DNA of 64,000 nucleotides, from IMG/VR virus record IMGVR_UViG_3300026488_000245; one strand, given 5' to 3'. The stretch comes from an uncultured virus (IMG/VR IMGVR_UViG_3300026488_000245) (taxonomy: Duplodnaviria > Heunggongvirae > Uroviricota > Caudoviricetes). The position numbers were made by a program, and so were the translations under genes. The first letter of the stretch is position 1. Each line of letters begins with the position of its first letter. The notes beneath the pieces were generated by a model, which saw only the letters and a program-made list of their open reading frames with translations, made no database searches and was not told the DNA's origin. This document shows, piece after piece, positions 54,083 through 64,000 of the stretch.

Positions 54083-55462
54083 TTAATTAAATTCATCTAC
54101 TCTAATTTCAATATTTTGTCAAGTTATTCAAGATTCAATAACTTTCAAAGTAATTTTTGCTACATCTTTTGCATCTAATAAACTTTTTTTAGGTTCATTA
54201 CCAAAATTCTTAATTCTCATTGGTGTTAATGTTCTTTCAGGAGAAATTATATTAACTTTAATATTATATTCAGATAATTCTTCTGATAGTCATTGAATGA
54301 AATTAACTAACGCAGCTTTAGTTGATGAATAAATAGTATATTCTGCTCTCCCTCTTGAATAAGAACTTGAACCAAAAAGTATTAAGTGTCAAGAAGTTTG
54401 TTTTAAATAAGGAATAGCTTCTTTAGCAATTATGATGCTTCAGAAATAATTTGTTTTAATCTGTTCATTAATTTTATCATAAGATAAAGATTCTAATTTT
54501 CATTTATATAATATACCAGCAGTATTAATAATAATATCTATTTTTCAATTATTTTTATAAATTGAACTAAATATTTTAGATATTCTATTTTTATCAGTTA
54601 TATCCACTCAATTACTTCTTGAAAATCAATATACTTTACATTCTTTTATATTATTTAAAATATTAAATATTTCTTTTCATATTCAAGAAGAACTTCAAAA
54701 AATAATCACTGTTTTTCATTTAAAAAAATTCAAATTAGGTTTTGAAAATTTCAATTTATTACCTAACTGAATTAAATAATTAGCTATAAATATATCTATA
54801 GGATAAGTTATTTTAATATTTTTTTCTTCTCATCTTACAACATATATTTTTTCATTAGGAAAATATTTTAAAACAAGTCAACAATCATCTGTAACTTTAT
54901 TAAAATTTTCATTTCTAGCTTTTTCATGTGCTTCTTTTATTATTCGAAATTTAAATCCTTGTGGAGTTTGTCATCTCATAAAATTACTTCTTTCAGGTAT
55001 ATCAATAATTATATTATTATTCACTTTTATTAAAGTATCAGTAACAGGTATAGCTACATCTATGGCATTATATTTTTGTAAATAATTAATTACTTCAGTA
55101 ATAATTTCTAAACTTACAAAAGGTCTAACAGCATCATGAAATAAAATATTATCATTTTTATTAACTTTATTATTTTTGCTTAAAAAATTAATTGCATTAT
55201 ATGATGATTCTTGTCTTGTACTTCATCATTCAATTATAAAAACTTTTTTATTTAATTTAATTTTATTTATTATTTCTTTTAATTTATTTTTATATTTCTT
55301 ATTAATTACTACAATTATCTCGTCAATCAATTTATGTTGATTAAATATTTCTAAAGTATATTGAATAATTGGTTTTCAAGCAAGCTTTGTAAACTGCTTT
55401 GGTATATAATTTCAAAATCTTTTTCATTTTCATCATGCTAAAATAACAGCTATATTTTTCAT
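54083..55462 (-). CDS. Bifunctional IspD/TarI cytidylyltransferase and SDR reductase (CDP-ribitol synthesis, Bcs1-like)
   Basis: ILAGGKGKRFG..PKQF, HDAVRP, QTPQGF, NIKITYP; then GSSSGIG, YSSTKAA. Confidence 0.9.
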
Positions 55463-55471
55463 TTCTATTGT

Positions 55472-56506
55472 TTATCTTATTAACAGATAAATAAAACTTT
55501 AAATTTATTTTTCTGGATATGCTATTAATATTGTATCAATAGTAGGAGAAATAAAAGTTAATTTTCTTATTTTAAATATATAACCTAAATTTAATTTTTC
55601 AATTAATGGTTTAATTTCAAAAAAATCCTTAGCAGAATGATAAATTGAAATTAGTAAAATTGGTTTAAATCTTTTTATAGTGTTTATAGCTCATTTAATA
55701 GCTTCTAATTCATATCATTCAATATCTAACTTTATCACTCATAAATCATTTATTTTATTTTCTTCTATAAAATTATCAATAGTTGTGATTTCTATATAAT
55801 CAGTTCATTTTCAAATTTTACTTCATCATCATTGAGATATAAAATTTACTCTTCACTTTATATCTCAAATTCATTTTTTAACAGGAAAACAATTAGTTAA
55901 ATTATTTTTTTTTATCACTTCTAACATTAAATTATAATTTTTTGTGTCTGGTTCAAACAAAAAAATATTTGAAGGATTTAATTCATTATTAAAAACTATT
56001 GCACTATCTCATATAAAAGCACCTCCATCTATTATAGATTTTCATTTATATTTTTTTAATATATTTTTTGGAATAAAAACTAATCAATTCTTAAAATAAA
56101 ATACAGATTCAGAATAAAATCAATTTAATAAACTATATTTTTTTAATACTTCTTTTTTGTTTTTTAAATATTTTTTAATTGTATTTTCATTTATATTATC
56201 TAATACTTTATTAACATCTAAAATATTATTATGATATATATAAATATACCTACTTATTATTTTCTCAATTATTTTTTTACTTTTTTCATCTAATCACTTT
56301 AACAAATTTTGCATTTTTTCTTTATAGTATTCAGAATAATAGTATTCAGCAAAACTTTTTGAAAATTCAAACTAAGAAATTTTTCTTTCTATAATTTTAT
56401 TGCATTTAAAAACAAATTTTAAAAAGTTTTTATATCAAATTAAAGTTCTAGAATCAATTCATACTTTAATTAATAATCTACTTATTTTCTAAATAATATC
56501 ATTCAT
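55472..56506 (-). CDS. FkbM-family methyltransferase
   Basis: IIDGGAFIGDS, FEPD, IKLDIEGYE, ISIYH. Confidence 0.88.
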
Positions 56507-56544
56507 CGCAATTTTTAATTTTATTTAAAAATAATAAGTAAACT

Positions 56545-57645
56545 TTAATTTATCCCGTAAAACCTCAAACCATTTCTAATACTCTCTTCTAAACTCCTTT
56601 TAGCTTTCCACCCCAATTCCTTCTCTGCTTTAGATGCATCACACTAAACTTCTGCTAAATCTCCTGGTCTTCTTTCTACTATTTTGTAAGGAACTTTTTT
56701 TCAACTAACTTTTTCAACTAATCTAACCATTTCTAAAACACTAACTCCTCTACCAACTCATAAATTAAATACCTCAAAAAATCATTCTTTTTTTCAGACC
56801 TCTTTTAACTCTTCAGACCTCTCTCCACTCTTCAGACCTCTATCTTCTAAATATTTCCACGCTTTAATATGTCCATCTACCAAATCCATTATATCTATAT
56901 AATCTCTTACTCCAGTTCAATCTTTTGTAGGATAATCTCTGCCAAAAATTTTTAAATATTCTAACTCTCATTTCAACACTTTCATTATATAAGGAAACAA
57001 ATTATTTGGTATTCAGTTTGGGTCTTCTCATAAAAATCAAGAAGGATGTGCTCCAATAGGATTAAAATATCTCAAACTAATGACTCTAAATCAACTAAAT
57101 CTAGCTAAATCTTGTAATATTTGCTCTATTATAAATTTTGTTCTTCCATAAGGATTTGTTGTATTTCATACTGGATCAGTTTCTTTCAATCATCTTTTCA
57201 AAATAAAATCAGTTCATACTCTATTAATAGCATTGTCTGGTAAACTTGATATATCATACACAGTAGCACTACTTGAAAAAATAATATTTTTAACTCAATA
57301 TTTATTCATCAATTCAAATAAATTTAAACTTCAAGTTATATTGTTTTGAAAATATTTCAAAGGCAATTCACAACTTTCTCAAACTGCTTTTAATCAAGCA
57401 AAATGTATTACTCAATCAAATTTATTTTCTTGAAAAACTCTTTCTAATCAATTTCTATCTAACAAATCAACTTTATAAAACTTCGGTTTATATCATAAAA
57501 TCTTTTTAATTCTATCTAATACTTCTATTTTTGAATTTGACAAATTATCAACTATAACAGTCTTATAACCTAACTTTTCAAATTCTACTACTGCATGAGA
57601 ACCTATATAACCTAATCAACCTGTTATAAGTAAAGTTTTTCACAT
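56545..57645 (-). CDS. galE: UDP-glucose 4-epimerase
   Basis: ITGGLGYIGSH, HFAGLKAVGES, SSSATVY, PYGRTK, LRYFNPIGAH, RRPGD. Confidence 0.95.
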
Positions 57646-57735
57646 TTACTATCAGTTTTTTATTTTTATAAAAATCTTTATATTTTAATATAGAAAAATA
57701 ATAAAAAAATTTTTATAAAAGTAAAATAAATAAAA

Positions 57736-58665
57736 ATGAAAAAAATTATTTTAGTAACTTTTATTATATTTTTAAATTTTTCATTTTGATTTTTTGATTA
57801 TATTTATAAAAATATAAATAAAAATAATTTTAAAAAAGAAACTATTTATGTATGAAATTTAATAGAAAATTATTTAAATAAAAAAGTGAAAGACAATTAT
57901 AAAAAAATAGAAAAATTATATCAAATAGAAAAAACTTTAGAAAAAGTTAAATAGAAATATAAAAATAATAGATTCGTTTTTCAAGTAATAAATGAATTAG
58001 AAATTTATCTATATAAAGATTATTTAAACAAGCTTTGATTTGAAGAAATAAAAATTGAAAAAATTATTGACTGAGATACAGTAAAATATAGAAGTATTTT
58101 AACAAATAAAAAATGATATTTAAGAATGATATGACTAGATACACCAGAATCAAATCCTACTAGATTTTGATATATAGAATGTTTTTGAAAAGAAGCTAAA
58201 GAGCATTTAAAAAAATTGATTAAACATTGAAAATATTTCTTTATAGAATATGATAAAACTCAATGATATAAAGATAAATATTGAAGAACATTATGATATT
58301 TAATAGAATGAATAATGTTTAAAAATTGAAAATTAAAATTAATTAATTTAAATTGAAAACAAATAAAAGATTGATATTGATAGGAATATACTTTCAATTT
58401 ACCATATAAATATATGGAATCATTTAAAAAATATCAAAAATATGCTAGAAATAATAATTTATGATTATAGTCGCCAAATACTTGTAATTGAAAAAGAAAG
58501 AAAATTAACAATTCTAAAAACAATCTTTTAAACTGTAATAGAAAAGTTTATTGCTATCAATTAAAAACTTGTAATTTAGCTAAACAATATTTAAATAATT
58601 GTAATTTTTATTAGTTAGATAAAGACTGAGATTGAATACCTTGTGAAAAATTATGCAGAAATTAA
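57736..58665 (+). CDS. Secreted thermonuclease (SNase) with a C-terminal Excalibur calcium-binding domain
   Basis: IIDGDT, RMIGLDTPE, DKYGRTLGY, GL(W)SPNTCNG, LDKDGDGIPCEKLC. Confidence 0.9.
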
Positions 58666-58689
58666 AATTCAATTATTTTTAATAAATTT

Positions 58690-59649
58690 TTAGCTTCACA
58701 TTTTTAAAAGAAAACTTATATATGTTATATCAATAAAAAAGAAGAAAGCAAAAATAAAAGTTAATAAAAGTAAAAAATTAAAATATTGAAAACTATAATT
58801 TTTAAATTTTATATAAAAAACTAATAATATATAAATTACTGGTATAAGTAAAGTAATTAATTCAGATATAAATAAATTGTTAAAATAATTAGTTAAAAAA
58901 TCAACAACTAATTTATAATAAAAATTTAGAAATAATCAATAAATAAGAATGAATGAAAATATAAAAAATAAAGAAGAAAACATTTTTTTTAAAAATTTTA
59001 AATAATTTTTAAATGATATATAAATTATTGAAATACTTATTAATTGAAATAAAAATATAAAAAATAACAACTTAGATATATCTATTCATTTTGAAATAAA
59101 AGACAACGAATTAAATATATAATCTTGTTTTGTTAATAAAAATCAAAAAAAAGCAAAATTGAATAAATTAATTATAAATATAAATAAGTTTTCTCAAAAG
59201 CTTCATGTGTTAAATAAAGGGATTTTTATTTTTAACTTTAAAGGGAAAAACATATATTTTAATCAATTGTTAGTTAATATATCTCATAATAAATGTCAAA
59301 AAATAAAAATAAAAGAAAAAATAAATTCATGTAATAATATTTTTTTAAATATTTCATAATTAATAATTAGTCAAAGTTTAGTAAAAAATAAAAATAAAAT
59401 TCAAAAAAATAGAAATAAGAACGACAATATAAAAAGTATAGAATGCGTTATTTTTCTATGTGTAAAAAAATTATTAAAACTAAAAGTTTTTTTAGCAATC
59501 TTTGAATCGTTATGGTCTATATCAGGTAATAATGATAATAAAATTATTAAAGATAAACTAATTATAGGAAAATAATTAAATTTTAATATAAAAAAATATG
59601 TTATAAAAAATAAAAAAACATTAAAAGATATATGCGAATTATATATCAT
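58690..59649 (-). CDS. YdjM-like membrane metal-dependent hydrolase
   Basis: LLPDIDH, THRKITHS, GHLLGDILT; many TM segments. Confidence 0.8.
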
Positions 59650-59666
59650 TTTATATTTTTTACATA

Positions 59667-59879
59667 TTAAAAATTATCATTAAAAATTTTTTCATCATTT
59701 TTTCTTTGCTTTCATCATAAAATATATTCTATTCTTTTTAAATATAATATAAATTCTTCTATAATTTCTCAATTATCTTTATTTTTCCCGCATTTATTTT
59801 TTATTTTTTTTAAAGATTTTTTCAGAGTTTTAAATTTTTTCTCTTCTTCTTTTGTTATAATATTGTTATTATTATTCAT
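59667..59879 (-). CDS. Small basic hypothetical protein
   Basis: 70-aa frame from ATG to TAA filling the gap between genes. Confidence 0.5.
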
Positions 59880-59897
59880 TTTCAATTATTTAATTAA

Positions 59898-62300
59898 TTA
59901 AATCTAAAATATTCAATTGAATATCTACATAATAATTATAAAAATAATTAATCTGACAGAAAATTCTAAAAGAATTATTTGCAAACTTTCTTTTTTATCT
60001 AAATCCTTATTTCTTTTTAATTCTATTATTCATTCAAACAAATTATAAATTCAACTAATTTTTAAAAATATTATTATCTATCAAATAAAAATTATGAAGT
60101 AAAATACTTTCATAAAAAGCATATTTCAAAAATTAAATACTGGTATGAAAAATATTGTTGGATAAACTGGCAAAAATTTTCACTCATCAGTATATTTATA
60201 GTATACTAAATATTTTGAATTTTCTTTTTTATTTTTATTTTCTAACTCTAAATATTTTTCTAATAATTCTCAATTAAAATTTGTGATATATCAGCTTCAT
60301 AATAAATCTGAAAAAGACGTTTTTAAAAAATTCTAGTATTGTCTAGTCATCTTATCTTTATTATCTAAATATTCAAACTAAAACAAATTATTTAATTTTT
60401 GTGAATTACCATTTATAAAATATTTATCTAATAAATAATATTTAATATCTAAAGTAATTCATAATTGTTTTAAATAATTATCATTGTAAATTAATCTTAA
60501 TCATCATAATTTATAATCATAAATTTTATTTAATTCATTATAGTCTTTTACTATATTTTTTCAGTTAACAAATAGTATTAATTTTGGCTGTGCCTATATA
60601 TAAGTATCCAAAAGATTTTTATCAAATAATTTTATCACTCAAGATAAATAATTTTTATAATTTTCTAATATATTTCTATTTGATAATAACACAGTTCAAT
60701 TATAATTTAATTGTTTATACTTATCGTTATCAATAATAATTTTATTTAAATCATACTATGTTTTTACGTAAGCTAAATTATATTTTTTGTTATAAAATAA
60801 AAGGTATAAATAATTAAGTTTATAATCATATTTTGATTTAAATAATCTTAAAAAACCGTCAAAAATTTGTTTATCAATTAAATAATTATTATCGTCAATT
60901 TTTATAATAAAAGGTAATCAAAGTCAATAACAATTTTCTTCTCATATGTAACAAATGTTAGTATTCTTTCTTACATTTTTATATAAAATCATTTTTTTTA
61001 TCTTTTCTTTAATTCATATTTTTTTTAGATTCTACTTATCAATAATAACTAAATTAGAATTTCTTAAACTTTTATAAACATCTCTTTTTATTTCTTCTAT
61101 TTTTTTATTTAAATATTTTCTTATTTTTTTTCTTTTAATATTATCAATTCAAAATGTATAATTATTGTGATTTTCTAAATACTATTCATATTTATTATCA
61201 TAATAAATATTTTCTTTTCTAAATTTTTTTACTTTTATAATTTTTTCTAATCATTTAATATTTTTTTTATATTTTTTAATAAAATTATTTATTGTAGGTT
61301 TTTCTTTAATAGAGAAATCAGAATTAACTAAATTAATGAAATAAGGAAAATAAAAAGAATTTGTTTTTACACTTATATTTCATATTTTTAAATTTGAATT
61401 TCAATTAAAAATTTTATCTATAAAATTTGATTGCATTATCTTTTTTCTCATAATCTCAGAAAAATTCACTTCTTGTTGATTTACTTTAAACATAAATGAT
61501 AGAGTAGTATAGTAATACTATTTTGTTATAAATCAATAAATTCAATTATAAAAATTTATTTGATTATCTTCAATAAAAAAATTATTAACTTTATTTACTA
61601 AATTTCTAAATTTACTATTATTTTCATAATAATATTTTTCTAAGTCATATAAAGTAGTTATTTTATATCAATTTATATATATACTTTTGTTATATATAAA
61701 AAATAAAAATAAAACTCATAAAAAAACAACAAATAATTTTCATTTATCAAAATATAAATTCTTTAAATATTCTAATAAATTTTTTAACCTGATTATTCAT
61801 AATTGAAATAAAGAAAAAACAATAAATATTCATATTCATTTATCTTGTAATTTATTCATATCAAACTCTTTTTTTCATATAACACTCAAATAAGCCTCTT
61901 TTATTATAGATGAAAAATAGTAATAAAATGCTAAGATTTTTTTATCTAAAGATGTAGAACTAAAATATATATTTTTAACTTCTTCTTTTTTTATATAGTT
62001 AATAGCTATTATTAATCAAAATAATCAATTTAAAAAAATCGTTAATATAAAAATTATTAAAGAAAATATGAAAATTAATCATAAAAAACTAAGCTAAATA
62101 TTGTTGAATTTTAAAGATATCAGATTATAAAAAAAATTAGGGTCAATAAAAACTTTACTTAAAGCATCTAATCAAAATCAAATTCAAATTATCTTTGATA
62201 TTAAAATAAAAAATCAGCTAAATAAAAGATATATAACTTTAAATTTAGTTAAAATAAGCAAAACTAATAATATTCAAACAATATATATTCAAAAATTCAT
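59898..62300 (-). CDS. Large membrane-anchored hypothetical protein (800 aa)
   Basis: Several N-terminal TM segments; many in-frame TAG/TGA; TAA stop. Confidence 0.6.
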
Positions 62301-62414
62301 TTTTTACATAAAAGATTATAAAATTATTTATTTTATTATATATAATAATAATATCAATCAAAGTTAAGTACTATATTAAATCAAAAATATATTTATAAAG
62401 TAATTTTAGCTTTT

Positions 62415-64000
62415 ATGAATGATTTTCTAAGTGAAAAACTTTCAAAGATAAGAAGTGTATTAAATAATAATATTAGAAATAAAAACATAGATTTAAATAA
62501 CATACTAAAAAAAATAGATGAAGATATTTAGAATCATAATTATCTATTTTTTGATAGATTAATTAAAAAAATAGAAGATAGTTTAATTAAATGAAAAAAT
62601 ATTTTATTGCATTGAGATTATGATGTAGATTGAATTTTTTCTTCTATTTGATTATATTTAATTTTAATTTATTTAAAAAATAAATACAAGTCAAATTCTG
62701 AAATTTATCTAAACATTAATAACAGATTAATTTGATATTGAAACGATATAGAAAAAATTGTTTTTGAACGTGAAAAAATTTTGAATAAAAAAATAGATAT
62801 TGTTATATTGTTAGACCAATGATGAACTGTAAAATATGATACTGATTTTTTAATAAAAAAAGATATCGTTGTTATAGACCATCATCATGCTACAAATAAT
62901 TTTTATGAAAATATAAAAGATATTGATAAAGTAAATAAAGAAAAAATAGAATTTATAATAGATAAATTAAAAAAATGAAATATAATTTATCTAAATTATT
63001 TTCTTTTAACTGACAGAGAAAAATTTATTAATTTTTTTGATTGAATAATAGATGAAAATGAAATAAATAAATTACATTTTTGCGAAGAATGTAGTGCTAC
63101 TACATGATGAATAATACTTTTATTTTCAATTTTTTTATACAAAAATTATTTTTATAATGATGAAAACTTTAAAATTATTTTATTAACAAATTATATTCTT
63201 TGATATATTACTTTTATATCAGATGCATTTTGATTTAATGAAAAATATATAAATATAAAAATAATTGCTGAAAATTTAATTTTTTTATTAACTGAAAGAT
63301 ATTATTATTTTTTCAATATATTAGAAAAAAAAATAGAAGAACTCTGAAATATAAATGATAAATTTCTTTATATTTTAAATAAATTAGATTTAACAAAAAA
63401 AGAAAAAAAATTAATCAAACATTTAAAAAATATATTTAAAAGTAAAGATTTAGATTGAAATAATAGTATTACAGAAAGAATATTTAATTTTAATGATTAT
63501 ATAATACATTGAGCATTTTCAAGCAGTAATCAAGATATATTTAACTTAATTTTTAAAAGAAAAACTCACTTAAATAATATCGAAAATTTTAAAGAAATAA
63601 ATAATAATATTAATGAATTAGTTTTAAAAGAAAGAGAATTCTTAAAAATATATATTGATTTATGCAAAAAACATTTAAAAGAAATAGAACAAAATAAAGA
63701 AAAAAATAAGATTTTTAAACAAATAGATGAATATTTTAATGTTAAGAATGAATATATAAACAATAATAATAGAAAAGGTTATAAAAATAAAATAACTAAT
63801 TGAAATAACTTTTTATTACACAATTTATTTTTTGAATTTGATTTTAATTTTGAAGATGAAAAATTAATAGATTATATTTCTAATATTTTAAAATTTATTT
63901 TTTCATTTATAGAAGATTATTCAAATTTTTCTGTATCTATATGATTTAAATTAAATCCTTCAATTAATGCTTTTTGAAGAGTTTCTTTATGAAATTTATT
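62415..64000 (+). CDS. recJ: RecJ-like DHH exonuclease (runs off the window end)
   Basis: HGDYDVDG, RLIGYG, LLDQG, VIDHH, ISDA, FKLNPSINAFGR. Confidence 0.8.

Noticed and set aside
540..63763. ORF-track entries antisense or out of frame to real genes (e.g. 540-746, 1960-2157, 5008-5226, 13238-13483, 17499-17882, 33150-33446, 45690-45896, 63566-63763)
   Set aside because: Shadow ORFs rich in F/L/I/S that overlap better-supported recoded genes
1..64000. Mass pseudogenisation suggested by the fragmented ORF track
   Set aside because: Fragments join in frame through TGA/TAG into full-length proteins with intact catalytic motifs
1..64000. TAG as a systematic TGG-to-TAG sequencing or deamination artefact
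   Set aside because: The equivalent CCA-to-CTA change is not seen at conserved Pro codons (GPPGTGKT, CPFH, RPTG are intact), and TGG persists in the same genes; raw reads should still be checked
1..64000. TAG=Gln (code 15-like) or pyrrolysine
   Set aside because: TAG sits in Trp columns and alternates with TGG/CGG (occasionally Tyr) in the repeats; no pyl genes were seen

Overview
Extremely AT-rich (roughly 15-20% GC by eye), gene-dense DNA that uses a non-standard genetic code, so the supplied ORF track only captures fragments. TGA reads as Gly and CGA/CGG as Trp, as described for Absconditabacterales (SR1). In addition, TAG consistently occupies conserved tryptophan positions, which leaves TAA as the only stop codon. 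Read this way the window tiles into about 46 ORFs, and every complete one ends in TAA. Contents: six tandem WG-repeat genes, sortase, DnaB, TrpRS, a MazG-like pyrophosphatase, M23 peptidase, ThiF, a sigma-like protein, FtsH split into two ORFs, a GGDEF protein, a C-terminally truncated DnaE, RadA, a T4 gp42-like dCMP hydroxymethylase followed by two glycosyltransferase-like genes, DnaG, a large SF2 helicase, a polysaccharide/CDP-ribitol cluster with galE, thermonuclease, a YdjM-like protein and RecJ. Many core proteins carry large K/N/I/F-rich insertions, and a CTATATTA motif precedes many genes. The window alone does not show whether this is a divergent Absconditabacteria-like chromosome or a jumbo phage/extrachromosomal element of such a host. 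All calls were made by manual translation and recall of motifs; no searches were run, and the longest ORFs were only spot-checked for internal TAA.
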